Assembly (NCBI GenBank): GCA_050737675.1
Contig: JBOHXX010000001.1
Location: forward strand, 1-47,610
DNA length: 47,610 nt
Origin: Pseudoxanthomonas sp.
GTDB taxonomy: Bacteria; Pseudomonadota; Gammaproteobacteria; Xanthomonadales; Xanthomonadaceae
Direction: 5' to 3'
Shown piece by piece: positions 26,571-37,473 of this stretch. How positions within the stretch are numbered: the stretch's first letter is position 1; every line of letters begins with the position of its first letter. The notes under the pieces are model-generated. The model ran no database searches, was not told where the DNA came from, and saw nothing but the letters and a program-made list of their open reading frames with translations. The translations under genes and the position numbers were made by a program.

Positions 26571-29220
26571 CTGTGGACTGCGGCAGCGGTTCGATGAGCG
26601 GCAGGGTAATCCGGATCAGGGTGCCGCGACCATCGGCGCCGGCCAGCGCTTCCACGCTGCCACCATGCGCGCCGATCATGCCCTGGCTGATGGTCAGGCC
26701 CAGGCCGGTGCCGTGGCGGCCGCGATCGCCGCGCTCCACGCTGTAGAACATGTCGAAGATGCGTGCGCGTTCGTCCTCGGGAATTCCGGGGCCTTGGTCG
26801 CGCACGTCGATGCGCAGCTTGCCTTCGACCAGGCCCGCGTCGATCTCCACGGGCTGGCCGGGCGGGGAGAATTTGGCTGCGTTCTCGAGTACGTTGAAGA
26901 ACGCCTGTTCGACCAGCGCCGGATGCACCCAGATCGGCTTCATGTCAGCTTCGATCCGCATCTTCAATTTCACCTCGGGCTGGTAGCGCAACAACCGGCC
27001 GGTCGCCGAGCCGATCAGTTCGTCCACGCCGATCCAGTCGCGGTTCAAGGTCAGGCCGTCGTGGCCGAGCCGGGTCATGTCGAGCAGGTTCTGGATGTAG
27101 CGGTCCAGGCGTTCGCCTTCCAGCTGGATGGTGTCGAGCAGGCCCTTGCGGTCTTCCGCACTCATCGCTTCGGAATAATTGGCCAGGCTGCTGGCCGAAC
27201 CGATCATCGACGACAGCGGCGAACGCAGGTCGTGCGACACCGACGACAGCAGCGCCGAACGCAGGCGCTCGGTCTCGTTGCCGACGCGCGCGGTTTCCAG
27301 GTCGGACACCAGTCGCGTGCGCAATGCGGCCTGGCCGATGTCATCGGCCATGGCCTCGGCCAGGCGCCGTTGTTCGAAGGCCAGGCGCGCGTTGTCGGCG
27401 GTGAAGCGCAGGCCGATCACGCCAAGGGTGTCGCGATCGTTGCGCAGTGGCAGGAACCACCATGCGGAACCGGCCAACGTGTCGGTATAGCGGCCGGTCG
27501 CCTGGCCATGGCGCTGTGCCCACTCGGCCGCGCCGAGGTCGGTATCGCCGAGCTTCGCCGAATCCGACGTCGCCACGGCATCGCCGATGCGGATCCACGC
27601 CGGCACGCCGAACGCGGCCTGCAGCGAGGTGCGTCCGGCGGCGAGCACCTGTCCCAGGTCCGCGGCGCTGGCGAGTTGCCGGCCCAGCTCCTGCAAGGCG
27701 GTGGCATGGGTGTTGGCGGCGCGCAAGGCGACGACCTGCATGCGCAGCCGCGAGGCGAGCCGACCCGCGACCAGCGCGGCGACCAGGAACAGGAACACGG
27801 TGGTCACGCCCTGGCGCGCGCTGATGTGCAGGGTGAAACGCGGTTCGATGAAGAAGAAGTTGTAGGCGAAGAAACACAGCACCGCCGTCGCCACGGCCGC
27901 GGTCATGCGCGTACGCGCCGCCACGACCACGACCGCGACGATGAACACCATCGACAGGTCGTCCAGCCCGACCCAGCGCTCGGCCAGCCACGCGACCAGC
28001 ACCGCCAGCAGGGTGGCGATCAATACCAGCGCCGCATCGTGGCGGATGAAGGACAGGCGCGGCGCATGCGATTCGCGCCGCGCCCGGGCACGCGCCTCGG
28101 GCGTGTTGACGATGGTGAGTTCGTAATGCGCGCCACGCTGCAGCAACTGCTGGGTCAGGGTGCGGTTGAACATGCGCGCCACCGGACGCTCTCGCGTGCG
28201 GCCGAGGATGATGGCCGATACGCCACTACGGCCCGCATGATCCAGCAACGCATCGGCGATGCTGGCGCCGTGCAGGACTTCGGTCTCGGCGCCGAGCTTG
28301 CGCGCCAGGGCGAAGGCCGCGTCGAGTTCCTGTTGTCGCGTTGCATCGGCCACGCCGGTCTGCACGGTGACGACGGTCCAGGGCGCGTCACGGCGTTCGG
28401 CCAGGCGGCGCGCCACGCGGACCATGTACTCCGACTGGCCCAGGCCATCGATGGCGACGAGCACCCGGCGACGTACGTTCATGCCGGATACGCCGCGTGC
28501 GGCCTGGGTTTCGCGCAGGTCGCTGTCGACACGATCCGCGGCCGTCTGCATGGTCAGTTCACGCAGCGCGATCAGGTTGGAAGGCGAGAAGAAAGTCTGC
28601 AGCGCCTGCGCGGCCTGGTCGGGTACGTAGACCTTGCCCTGGCGCAGGCGTTCGATCAGTTCGCGCGGCGGCAGGTCGACCAGAACGATGTCGCGCAGGC
28701 GGTCGAACACGATATCGGGAACGGTCTCGCTGACGCGCACGCCGGTGATGCGGAAGACCACGTCGTTGAGGCTTTCCAAGTGCTGGATGTTGATCGTGGT
28801 GTAGACGTCGATGCCGGCGTCGAGCAGTTCCACCACGTCCTGCCAGCGGCGTTCGTGGCGGCTGCCGACCGCGTTGCGATGGGCCAGTTCGTCGACCAGG
28901 GCAATGGCTGGCTTGCGCGCGAGGATCGCATCGAGGTCCATTTCCTCGAACACGCGCGCGCGGTAGTCCAGGCGCGCGCGCGGCATCAGTTCCAAGCCGT
29001 CGATCAGCGCGGCGGTTTCGGCGCGGCCGTGGGTCTCGACGATGCCGACCACAACGTCGAGATCCTGCTTGCGCAGTTCGCGCGCGCGCGACAGCATCGC
29101 GTAGGTCTTGCCCACCCCCGGCGCAGCGCCCAGGAAGATGGTCAGGCGCCCGCTGCCTTCGCGGCGCAGTGCGCCGATCAGGGCGTCGGCTTGGTGGGTG
29201 CGGGGGTCGATCATCCGCAT
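26554..29220 (-). CDS. kdpD: Sensor histidine kinase KdpD
   Basis: FLGAAPGVGKTYAML, VDELAH, USP domain, four TM helices, SVSHDLRSPL and N/G boxes. Confidence 0.97.
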   Translation of the reverse strand: MRMIDPRTHQADALIGALRREGSGRLTIFLGAAPGVGKTYAMLSRARELRKQDLDVVVGIVETHGRAETAALIDGLELMPRARLDYRARVFEEMDLDAILARKPAIALVDELAHRNAVGSRHERRWQDVVELLDAGIDVYTTINIQHLESLNDVVFRITGVRVSETVPDIVFDRLRDIVLVDLPPRELIERLRQGKVYVPDQAAQALQTFFSPSNLIALRELTMQTAADRVDSDLRETQAARGVSGMNVRRRVLVAIDGLGQSEYMVRVARRLAERRDAPWTVVTVQTGVADATRQQELDAAFALARKLGAETEVLHGASIADALLDHAGRSGVSAIILGRTRERPVARMFNRTLTQQLLQRGAHYELTIVNTPEARARARRESHAPRLSFIRHDAALVLIATLLAVLVAWLAERWVGLDDLSMVFIVAVVVVAARTRMTAAVATAVLCFFAYNFFFIEPRFTLHISARQGVTTVFLFLVAALVAGRLASRLRMQVVALRAANTHATALQELGRQLASAADLGQVLAAGRTSLQAAFGVPAWIRIGDAVATSDSAKLGDTDLGAAEWAQRHGQATGRYTDTLAGSAWWFLPLRNDRDTLGVIGLRFTADNARLAFEQRRLAEAMADDIGQAALRTRLVSDLETARVGNETERLRSALLSSVSHDLRSPLSSMIGSASSLANYSEAMSAEDRKGLLDTIQLEGERLDRYIQNLLDMTRLGHDGLTLNRDWIGVDELIGSATGRLLRYQPEVKLKMRIEADMKPIWVHPALVEQAFFNVLENAAKFSPPGQPVEIDAGLVEGKLRIDVRDQGPGIPEDERARIFDMFYSVERGDRGRHGTGLGLTISQGMIGAHGGSVEALAGADGRGTLIRITLPLIEPLPQSTDADAD

Positions 29221-29236
29221 ATTGTGCGCCCGGCAT

Positions 29237-29833
29237 TCAGCGCAGTGCGTCGAGGGCCAGGTTCAACTCCAGCACGTTGACGCGTGGCCGGCCGAGGAAG
29301 CCGAACTGCGGCGCTTCGGTGTGCGCGGCGACCAGTTCCGCGACCTGCTTCGGATCCAGGTTCCTCGCCTGCGCCACGCGTGCGATCTGCACCTGCGCGC
29401 CCGCCGGGCTGATATCCGGGTCCAGTCCGCCACCGGACTGGGTCACGAGTTCGCCGGGCACGTCCTGCGCGGCGATGCCGTCGCGTGCGGCCACGGCGGC
29501 CGTAGTCTCGGCGATGCGCTTGCGCAGGTCGGGATTGGTACGCGCCTGGTTGCTGCCGGAGGCGGACATCGGGTTGTAGCTGCCCGCTGAGGGACGCGGC
29601 TGGAAATAGCGCGCATCGGCGAACGGTTGCGCGACCAGCGACGAGCCGACCGCCTTGCCGTCGCGCATCACGATGCTGCCGGTGGCCTGTTGCGGGAACA
29701 GGCCACGACCGAGCGCGGTGCCTGCCAGCGAGTACAGCAGGCCCATGCCGAGGAGGATGACGAAGGCGAAGGCCAGGGCGCCGCGAAGGGCGCCTTGGTC
29801 CTGGAGTTGCGGGTTGCGTTCAATGGAGTTCAT
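29237..29833 (-). CDS. kdpC: K+-transporting ATPase subunit C
   Basis: Start ATG 29833; FPQQATGS, YFQPRPSA, SGGGLDPDIS and VNVLELNLALD. Confidence 0.95.
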   Translation of the reverse strand: MNSIERNPQLQDQGALRGALAFAFVILLGMGLLYSLAGTALGRGLFPQQATGSIVMRDGKAVGSSLVAQPFADARYFQPRPSAGSYNPMSASGSNQARTNPDLRKRIAETTAAVAARDGIAAQDVPGELVTQSGGGLDPDISPAGAQVQIARVAQARNLDPKQVAELVAAHTEAPQFGFLGRPRVNVLELNLALDALR

Positions 29834-29843
29834 GGTGGATTCC

Positions 29844-31886
29844 TCAGGCGCCAATGGTGGCGGCCAGCGCCAGGTCGATGAGCTTGATCGCGACGAACGG
29901 CAGCAGCACGCCACCGGCGCCGTAGATCAGCATGTTCCGGCGCAGCAGTGCGGTGGCGCCGGCGGGCTTGAAGCGTACGCCGCGCAATGCAAGCGGGATC
30001 AACGCCGGAATGATCAGTGCATTGAAGATCAGCGCCGCCAGTACCGCATTGGTCGGGCTGGACAGATGCATCACGTTCAAGACGGCCATCGAGGGAATAG
30101 CGGCGGCGAACAGTGCCGGCAGGATGGCGAAGTACTTGGAGACGTCGTTGGCCAGCGAGAACGTGGTCAGCGCGCCGCGTGTGATCAGCTGCTGCTTGCC
30201 GACTTCGACCACGGCCAGCAACTTGGCCGGATCCGAATCCAGGTCGACCATGTTGCCGGCTTCCTTCGCGGCCTGGGTGCCGGAGTTCATCGCCAGGCCC
30301 ACGTCGGCCTGTGCCAGCGCAGGCGCATCGTTGGTGCCATCGCCTACCATGGCGACGAGGCTGCCCTTGGCCTGTTCGCTGCGGATGCGGGCGAGCTTGT
30401 CTTCCGGCGTGGCTTCGGCGATGTAGTCGTCGACACCGGCTTCGGCGGCGATGGCGGCGGCGGTCAACGGGTTGTCGCCGGTGATCATCACCGTGCGCAC
30501 GCCCATGGCGCGCAGGCGGGCGAACTTCTCCTTCACCCCGTGCTTGACCACGTCCGAGAGTTCCACGACGCCGAGCACGTGCTTGCCTTCGCTGACCACC
30601 AGCGGCGTGGCGCCGCCGCGGGCGACCTTTTCGACGCGCGCGGTGAGCTCGTTCGGCACCAGGCTGCCCTGCGCTTCGACATGGCGCTTGATCGCATCGC
30701 CGGCGCCCTTGCGGATCGAGCGGCCATTCTCCAGGTCGACACCGGACATGCGCGTCTGCGCGGTGAACTGCAGGTAATGGGCGCGATCGGGTTCGGGCGT
30801 GGTGCAGCCCTGCTCGCGCGCCAGCCTGACGATGGATTTTCCTTCCGGGGTCGGGTCGGCTAGCGAAGCCAGCATCGCGGCTTCACGCAGCAACGAGGCA
30901 TCGATGCCGGCCAGCGGATGGAACACCGTCGCCTGACGGTCGCCGTGAGTGATCGTGCCGGTCTTGTCCAGCAACAGCACGTCCACGTCGCCGGCGACTT
31001 CCACTGCCTTTCCGGATTTGGCCAGCACATTGGCTGACAGTGCGCGGTTCATGCCGGCGATGCCGATGGCGGGAAGCAAACCGCCAATCGTGGTGGGAAT
31101 CAGGCATACCAGCAGCGCGATCAGCAGCAGCGGCGCGATCTGCACACCGACGAAAGCGCCGATCACCGGCAGCGTGGCGACCACGATCAGGAAAGTGAGG
31201 GTCATCGCCGCCAGCAGCATGGTCAGCGCGATTTCGTTGGGCGTCTTCTGTCGGTTGGCGCCTTCGACCAGCGCGATCATGCGGTCCAGGAAGCTGTGCC
31301 CGGGCTCGGCGGTGATGCGGATGACGATCTCGTCCGACAGCACCTTGGTCCCGCCGATCACGCCGGAACGGTCGGTGCCGGCTTCGCGCAGCACAGGCGC
31401 GGATTCGCCGGTGACCGCGGACTCGTTGATCGTGGCCAGGCCTTCGATGATCTCGCCATCGGCGGGGATCTGTTCGCCGGCGCTGACGATGACCGTGTCA
31501 CCGGGACGCAGGTCGGCGGCAGGCACGCTGGTTTCGGCGCCATTGGCGCCTTGCTTGCGCGCGATCAGGTCCTTGCGTGCGCGCCGCAGCGACGAGGCCT
31601 GGCCGCGACCCCGCGCTTCGGCGATGGCTTCGGCGAAGTTGCCGAACAGCACGGTGACGAACAGGATCAAGGTGACCGACCAGCCGAAGCCAGGCGTGGC
31701 CGCACCGGCCAGGGTGATGACGGCCGACAACAAGGTGCCCAGCATCACGATGGCCATCACCGGGCTCTTGACCAGGTGCCGCGGCGACAGCTTGAGGAAG
31801 GAGTCGCGCAATGCGCTGCGCATCGCTGTGGCATCGACCAGGGCGGGTCTGCGCGGATTCTTTTGCTGGAAAGTGATTTCGCTCAT
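29844..31886 (-). CDS. kdpB: K+-transporting ATPase subunit B
   Basis: Start ATG 31886; [33 protein letters not shown] and [11 protein letters not shown]. Confidence 0.97.
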   Translation of the reverse strand: MSEITFQQKNPRRPALVDATAMRSALRDSFLKLSPRHLVKSPVMAIVMLGTLLSAVITLAGAATPGFGWSVTLILFVTVLFGNFAEAIAEARGRGQASSLRRARKDLIARKQGANGAETSVPAADLRPGDTVIVSAGEQIPADGEIIEGLATINESAVTGESAPVLREAGTDRSGVIGGTKVLSDEIVIRITAEPGHSFLDRMIALVEGANRQKTPNEIALTMLLAAMTLTFLIVVATLPVIGAFVGVQIAPLLLIALLVCLIPTTIGGLLPAIGIAGMNRALSANVLAKSGKAVEVAGDVDVLLLDKTGTITHGDRQATVFHPLAGIDASLLREAAMLASLADPTPEGKSIVRLAREQGCTTPEPDRAHYLQFTAQTRMSGVDLENGRSIRKGAGDAIKRHVEAQGSLVPNELTARVEKVARGGATPLVVSEGKHVLGVVELSDVVKHGVKEKFARLRAMGVRTVMITGDNPLTAAAIAAEAGVDDYIAEATPEDKLARIRSEQAKGSLVAMVGDGTNDAPALAQADVGLAMNSGTQAAKEAGNMVDLDSDPAKLLAVVEVGKQQLITRGALTTFSLANDVSKYFAILPALFAAAIPSMAVLNVMHLSSPTNAVLAALIFNALIIPALIPLALRGVRFKPAGATALLRRNMLIYGAGGVLLPFVAIKLIDLALAATIGA

Positions 31887-31887
31887 T

Positions 31888-33609
31888 TCATGGTTCCCAG
31901 TGCGCCATTGCGCCAAGCGACAGGTGGTCCGCGATCGGGCCCAGCACCAGGGCGGGCATGAACTGCAGCACCGTGATGACCACCACTACCGCGATCAGGG
32001 TCAGGACGAAGGTCGGCGTTTCGATCTGCAGGCTGCCCGCGCTTTCCGGCGCCGGGCGCTTGCGCGCCATCAGCGCGGCTACGGCCAGCGGGACGATCAG
32101 GGCCGGATAACGCCCCAGCGCCAGTACCAGCGAGCAGCTCAGGTTCCACCAGTACGTGGCATCGCCCAGGCCCTCGAATCCGGAACCGTTGTTGGCATAG
32201 GCCGAGGTGTACTCGTAGAACACCTGGCTGATGCCGTGGAAGCCCGGATTGGAATTCGCGGTGATCGAGGGGATCGCCAGGGTCAGCGCGGTGAGGCCGA
32301 GCACCACGAGCGGCTGCAGCAGAATCAGCAAGGCCAGCAACTTCACTTCAGGCGCCTCGATCTTGCGGCCGAAGAGTTCAGGTGTGCGGCCCGTCATCAG
32401 CCCGGCCAGGAACACGCTGAGCATCAGGTAGACCAGGAACTGCTGCAGGCCGCAGCCAATGCCGCCCCAGATGGCATTGACCAGCATGTTGACCAGCGTG
32501 TCCAGCCCGGTCAGCGGCGCCAGCGAATCGTGCATGGCGTTGACCGAACCGTTGGAGGTCTGCGTGGTCACCGATGCCCATAATGCGGAGGCATCGGCGC
32601 CGAAACGCGCTTCCTTGCCTTCCATCAAGGCGACGTCGGAGGTGGTGGCCGAATGCGCTTCGGACCATACCGCGAAGCCGGTGGACGCGGCCGACATCAG
32701 CAACATGCTGCTGAAGATCATCGCGGTGAGTTTCCTGCGACCGACCAGCGGGCCGACCATGAAAACCACGGCAATGGGGATGAGGATTATGCCGACTGTT
32801 TCTAGCAAGTTCGAGAATGGGGTCGGATTCTCCAGCGGCACCGCGCTGTTGGGGCCGTACCAGCCACCACCATTGGTGCCCAGCTGCTTGATCGCGACCA
32901 TGGCCGCGACCGGTCCCAGCGGGATTTTCTGTTCCGCCATCCGCGCACTCGCGTCGACCGGCGTGACCGTCGGTCCTGCGGCCAGGGTCGAAGGCACGCC
33001 TTGCGAGGTCAGCAATACCGACCACAGCAGGCACAACGGCAGCATGAAGCGCACGGTGGCGCGGGTGACGTCGGCCCAGTAGTTGCCTACATCGGCGTCG
33101 CCCGATTCGTGCGCATGTTCATGAGCATTCTTTCCCTTGCCGCCGAACAAGGCGCGCAAGGTCGCCACCACCAGCGCCAGACCAATCATGGGCGTCGCTA
33201 CCTGCAGACCAACGATGCCGACCATCTGCGACAGGTAAGAAAGTTGTGCCTGGCCGGAATAGTGCTGCTGGTTGGTGTTGGTGAGGAACGACACCATCGT
33301 ATGCAGCGCCGTGTCCCAGCGCATGTTGGGGATGGCGTCGGGATTGAACGGCAGCCACGCCTGGGTCATGAACAGCGTCCAGACCAGCATGCCGACGGCA
33401 ACATTGCTGAGCAGGAACGCTTTCGCGTAACCACGCCAGCTCATGCCGCGCTGCGGATCGGTGCCGAGCAGCCGGTAGACCGGCCTCTCCACCCAGCCGA
33501 ACAAGCGGTCACCGCGCATCGGTGCGCCACGCATGACCTTGGCGAGATAATGGCCCAACGGCCAACCCAGGCCAATCGCGAGCGCGAATACGAGCAGGAC
33601 TTCGATCAT
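31888..33609 (-). CDS. kdpA: K+-transporting ATPase subunit A
   Basis: [43 protein letters not shown] and ANNGSGF. Confidence 0.97.
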   Translation of the reverse strand: MIEVLLVFALAIGLGWPLGHYLAKVMRGAPMRGDRLFGWVERPVYRLLGTDPQRGMSWRGYAKAFLLSNVAVGMLVWTLFMTQAWLPFNPDAIPNMRWDTALHTMVSFLTNTNQQHYSGQAQLSYLSQMVGIVGLQVATPMIGLALVVATLRALFGGKGKNAHEHAHESGDADVGNYWADVTRATVRFMLPLCLLWSVLLTSQGVPSTLAAGPTVTPVDASARMAEQKIPLGPVAAMVAIKQLGTNGGGWYGPNSAVPLENPTPFSNLLETVGIILIPIAVVFMVGPLVGRRKLTAMIFSSMLLMSAASTGFAVWSEAHSATTSDVALMEGKEARFGADASALWASVTTQTSNGSVNAMHDSLAPLTGLDTLVNMLVNAIWGGIGCGLQQFLVYLMLSVFLAGLMTGRTPELFGRKIEAPEVKLLALLILLQPLVVLGLTALTLAIPSITANSNPGFHGISQVFYEYTSAYANNGSGFEGLGDATYWWNLSCSLVLALGRYPALIVPLAVAALMARKRPAPESAGSLQIETPTFVLTLIAVVVVITVLQFMPALVLGPIADHLSLGAMAHWEP

Positions 33610-33622
33610 CGTCGTGACCTGC

Positions 33623-33715
33623 TCAGAACTTTTCCGGGCGCAGGATCACCAGCAGCAGGTAAGCCGCCGACAGGATCACTACGATTCCACACACCACGGA
33701 CAACCAGCCAGGCAT
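33623..33715 (-). CDS. kdpF: K+-transporting ATPase subunit F (30 aa; below the ORF-track cutoff)
   Basis: MPGWLSVVCGIVVILSAAYLLLVILRPEKF with the YL...PEKF signature, just upstream of kdpA. Confidence 0.9.
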   Translation of the reverse strand: MPGWLSVVCGIVVILSAAYLLLVILRPEKF

Positions 33716-33795
33716 TTGCGCATTCCTCGGTCATTGCAAGGACGGCAGTGTCGATCTGGTGCCCGTAAAGGCTCTATTCGCTGCTGGAACGGCGC

Positions 33796-33812
33796 CGTAA
33801 ATTCATCGTAAA
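33796..33812 (-). promoter_or_regulatory. Putative KdpE binding site
   Basis: TTTACG-N5-TTTACG direct repeat with an 11-bp period upstream of kdpF; a third TTTACG lies at 33764-33769. Confidence 0.6.
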
Positions 33813-33866
33813 GTCCGGCCTGCGCCTGGCCCTGCGTGTGCCGAACACCGCTTTAGCAATGGAAAT

Positions 33867-34271
33867 ATGCCGATGCCCATGAAAAAGATAGTCCCCGCCG
33901 CCAATCCCGACGCCTACGTCGCCGGCCTCGAAGGCTGGCGACGCGGATGCGTCGAAGGCCTGCGCAAGGCGGTCCGTGCCGCTGCGACGCTGGAGGAAGT
34001 AGTTAAGTGGGGCCACCTGGTCTATCTGTCGAATGGCCCGGTCCTGCTGATCCGCGCCGAGGAAGAACGCGTTCTGTTCGGTTTCTGGCGCGGGCAGCGC
34101 CTGCGCGGGATCGAACCCGGGCTCAAGCCCGGCGGCAAGTACGAAATGGCGACCCTGGAACTGCGCGAGGGCATGGAACTGGCTGCCGCAACGGCGACGA
34201 AGTTGACCCGGGAAGCGGTCGCCTTGAACGAGAAATTCGGCGACCCGGCGCAGGCGGCCAAAGGCAAGTGA
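33867..34271 (+). CDS. DUF1801 (YdhG-like) protein
   Basis: PDAYVAGL...LRKAVRAA...EEVVKWGHLVY...LFGFWRG...AVALN. Confidence 0.8.
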   Translation: MPMPMKKIVPAANPDAYVAGLEGWRRGCVEGLRKAVRAAATLEEVVKWGHLVYLSNGPVLLIRAEEERVLFGFWRGQRLRGIEPGLKPGGKYEMATLELREGMELAAATATKLTREAVALNEKFGDPAQAAKGK

Positions 34272-34301
34272 CCGCCGCTACGCGCAACTATCGGAATGGC
34301 T

Positions 34302-35489
34302 TCAGGCCTTGCGGACCTTCTGTCCCGCGACCGATGGATCCCGCGTGGCATCGGCTTCCCGGAACACCGGTGCGGCGAATGGATCCGGGCCCGGGGTGCG
34401 CCCGAACTTGATCGGACGGGTGACGCCGCGGTAACGACCGATCACCGGGTGTTCGATATCCCCGACCATGTCCTCGGCCAGCACCTGCGGATGGTCGAAC
34501 ATGTCCTCGACCTTCAACGCCGCGGCGCAAGGCACTTCATCGCCGAATATTCCTTCCCACTCGAGCGCGCTGTGCCGGGTCAAAGCCGCGTGCAGATGCG
34601 GGACGATTTCATTGGCGTGGTCGGCGCGCTTGCGCACGCTGTCGTAACGCGGGTTTTCTTCCAGCACGTGCAGTCCGGTCTTGTCGCACAGCGCCTTCCA
34701 GAAGCGCGGCGTGTTGGCCGAAATGTACAGGTAGCCCTCGCGTGCCGGATGGATGCCGGTGACGCCGCCGGAACGCATGTCGCGGCCGATGTCCAGCGAT
34801 TCGCCCTCGGCCCAGATCATCCGCGCCGACTGCATGGTCAAGGCACTGCGCAGCAACGACACGCCTACGAACTGGCCCAGTCCGCTGCGTTCGCGTTCGT
34901 AGAGTGCCGACGATACGCCCGCGGCGACCAGCGCGGCCGCGTAGTAATCGACCACCGAGCCGTAGATGATTTCCGGCGCGCCGCCGCGCTTGCCCTGCAG
35001 CGCACACATGCCGGTCATGGTCTGCAGCACCTGGTCGTAACCGGCCTTTTCCTTCATCGGCCCGGTTTCGCCGTAGCCGCTGACCGCGCAATAGACCAGC
35101 CGCGGATTGATCAGGTTCAACTGTTCGTGGTCGATGCCCAGGCGCTTGGGCACGCTGGGGCGGAAGTTGTGCACCAGCACGTCGGCCTCGCGCACCAACT
35201 TCAACAGTGCCGTGTGATCGACGGGATTCTTCAGGTCCAGGGTGATGCCCAGCTTGCTGCGGTTGACGCCGATGAAGGCACGGCTCTCGGCCTGCAGCGT
35301 CGACGGATACTTGCGCAGGTTGTCGCCATCGGGTGGTTCGACCTTGAGCACGTCGGCGCCCTGGTCGGCCAGCAGGGTGCAGCCGTACGGCCCGGCGATG
35401 TAGGCGCTGAGGTCCAGCACGCGCACGCCGCTCAACGGACCGGTTGCACCGGTACGTCCTGAGAACGCGAAAGCGGAAGTAGTCGCCAT
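34302..35489 (-). CDS. Family III CoA-transferase (CaiB/BaiF)
   Basis: GPLSGVRVLDLS...AGPY...GADVLKVE, NRSK, ADVLVHNFRP, SGYGETGP and GYD. Confidence 0.93.
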   Translation of the reverse strand: MATTSAFAFSGRTGATGPLSGVRVLDLSAYIAGPYGCTLLADQGADVLKVEPPDGDNLRKYPSTLQAESRAFIGVNRSKLGITLDLKNPVDHTALLKLVREADVLVHNFRPSVPKRLGIDHEQLNLINPRLVYCAVSGYGETGPMKEKAGYDQVLQTMTGMCALQGKRGGAPEIIYGSVVDYYAAALVAAGVSSALYERERSGLGQFVGVSLLRSALTMQSARMIWAEGESLDIGRDMRSGGVTGIHPAREGYLYISANTPRFWKALCDKTGLHVLEENPRYDSVRKRADHANEIVPHLHAALTRHSALEWEGIFGDEVPCAAALKVEDMFDHPQVLAEDMVGDIEHPVIGRYRGVTRPIKFGRTPGPDPFAAPVFREADATRDPSVAGQKVRKA

Positions 35490-35610
35490 AAGATCCGTCT
35501 CCCTCTACCTCATCAACAACGCTGGGGAAAATTCTGATTCATGCGGGTGGACTTGAACAGGATCGCCCGATAGTTTCTGTCGGCACAATTTCTTGCTTGA
35601 GGGTTGGCCC

Positions 35611-37473
35611 TCAATCCGGCGGATCATGGCTTTGCCCTGGCGCCAGCGACATCCAGGTCAGCCGCCAGGCGCCATCGACCCGGCCACCGGTGCGGTAGTA
35701 CGGCTCCAGCAGCAGTGGTGTGCGGCCGTCGCTGTGCAGATGGATCGCCGGACCTTCGCCATTGTCCTGCTGCGCCACTTGCAGCCATTGTTCGACCGGC
35801 GCATCGGACAGCCGCAAGGTCTCGCCGGTCTTGTACCCGTCGACCAGGCCACTGGCATAGACCAGCGGACCGCGCGTGACCGCCACGTATTCGTAGTGCA
35901 TGACCTGCTGGCGTACCGGCGAGCCATCGGGCGCGCGCGATTCCTGGGTGTTCTGCTGCACCTGTCCGTGGGCTACCGGCGGCATCGGCAGGTCCAGCAC
36001 GACCTGGGCGCCCGCGTTCCATTCGCGTTCGATCACCGCATACGTGCCCGGCACGACCCGTTCCGCATGGACCTCGCCATCGACCCGCAGGCTCGCACCG
36101 TCGGCCCATTGCGGGATGCGAACGGAGAGCATGAAGCGCGCGCTGCGTTCCGGCGCTACTTTCAACACGATGCCGCCATCGAACGGATAGGCGGTAACTT
36201 GTTCCAATCGCAGCCTGCCCGCGCGCGGGTGATCGAAAACCGCGTCGCCGGGTCCGAGCAGGTTGACCGAGATATTTCCTTCCGGCGATTGCGCGTAGGC
36301 GATCGCGGGCAACTCCTCGATCGCCATCGCCCCACTCGACTTGCAACAGCGCCAGTAGGTGGTGTGCACGCGACGACCATTCGGGAACGAGTAGTAGCAC
36401 CAGTCCTCGCCGTCGGGCGCCATCGCGCCGAGCAGGTCGTTGTAGGCGGTGCGTTCGATTTCTTCCGCGTAACGGGCCTCGCCGGTGATCGCCAGCAGTT
36501 CGCGGTTGAGCTGGATCCAGGCCAGCAGCGAACAGGTCTCGACGTAACCCTGCGGACTGAACACGCCCGCCGGATTGAACACCTCGCGCGAACGATGCGC
36601 CACCCCGCCCCACGGCCCGCCGCTCAGGGTCAGGTGTTGGGTGCGGATGCTCTGCCACACGTTGTTGACCGCCACGCGATACGACTCGTCGCCAGTGGCC
36701 TTGTGCAGCTTGGCCAGGCCGACCAGGTTCCAGGCGAGCTGATAGGCCTTGCCGGTGGCGATCTCCGAAGCATCGACGCCGGCAAGCGCGCGCTTGAGCA
36801 AGGCCAGGTCCGGATTGGCATCGGCCTGGCGCAATACCAGCTGCGCCAGTTCGAGGTAGCGCGGCGTGTCGGTCGCGAAATACAGTTCGACCGCCGCATC
36901 CATCAGCACCGTGGCCGACATGCCGTGGTGGTTGCCGAGTTCGCAGATATCGATGCCGCCTTCGGTCAGCGTCCGCCAGCACAGGTTGCCGATCTTGCCT
37001 GCCGCCCGCAGGTACTCCGGCCTCGGGAAGTGCTTGTGTACTTCAAGCAAGCCGAGGATCAGGTAGCTATGCGTCCAGATATCCCAGGTGCGCACGCTGG
37101 GCGCGCCGTCCCAGGTGCCCGGCTTGGGTGGCTGCTTGCGCATGAAGCGATGGCCGGGCGCATACGTACCCAGGTAGCCGTCGTCGTCCTGCACGCCGAC
37201 CAGGTAGCCGGCGACGCGATGCAGGTGTTCGATGAGCTCCGGATCCTGCGTTCGGCCCGCGGACTTCGCGGCGGCATACAACCACTTGCCGGCGTGCTCG
37301 CCATACCAGTCGCCCTCGTCGTTCTTCGCCACGCGGGCTGGATCGAAGATCTCTATGGCAGGACTGGTTTCATCGACGATGAAATGCGACAGACGACCGG
37401 AATGGTTGGCGGCGAGCGCCTCACCCAGCAGGCCACCGAGTTCAACCTTGACCGCTGACGTGATCGCGGTCAT
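35611..37473 (-). CDS. GH127/GH146-like beta-L-arabinofuranosidase family protein, no signal peptide
   Basis: Start ATG 37473 (ATGA overlap). GEHAGKWL, QDDDGYLG, ETC, ERTAYNDLLG, CC (WRCCKSSG), YPFDG and VRIPQWA. Confidence 0.85.
   Translation of the reverse strand: MTAITSAVKVELGGLLGEALAANHSGRLSHFIVDETSPAIEIFDPARVAKNDEGDWYGEHAGKWLYAAAKSAGRTQDPELIEHLHRVAGYLVGVQDDDGYLGTYAPGHRFMRKQPPKPGTWDGAPSVRTWDIWTHSYLILGLLEVHKHFPRPEYLRAAGKIGNLCWRTLTEGGIDICELGNHHGMSATVLMDAAVELYFATDTPRYLELAQLVLRQADANPDLALLKRALAGVDASEIATGKAYQLAWNLVGLAKLHKATGDESYRVAVNNVWQSIRTQHLTLSGGPWGGVAHRSREVFNPAGVFSPQGYVETCSLLAWIQLNRELLAITGEARYAEEIERTAYNDLLGAMAPDGEDWCYYSFPNGRRVHTTYWRCCKSSGAMAIEELPAIAYAQSPEGNISVNLLGPGDAVFDHPRAGRLRLEQVTAYPFDGGIVLKVAPERSARFMLSVRIPQWADGASLRVDGEVHAERVVPGTYAVIEREWNAGAQVVLDLPMPPVAHGQVQQNTQESRAPDGSPVRQQVMHYEYVAVTRGPLVYASGLVDGYKTGETLRLSDAPVEQWLQVAQQDNGEGPAIHLHSDGRTPLLLEPYYRTGGRVDGAWRLTWMSLAPGQSHDPPD

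Noticed and set aside
26473..29280. 935-aa plus-strand ORF
   Set aside because: Antisense shadow of kdpD in high-GC DNA; no recognisable motifs.
29655..33768. Plus-strand ORFs of 200-544 aa
   Set aside because: Antisense to the clearly identified kdpCBA genes.
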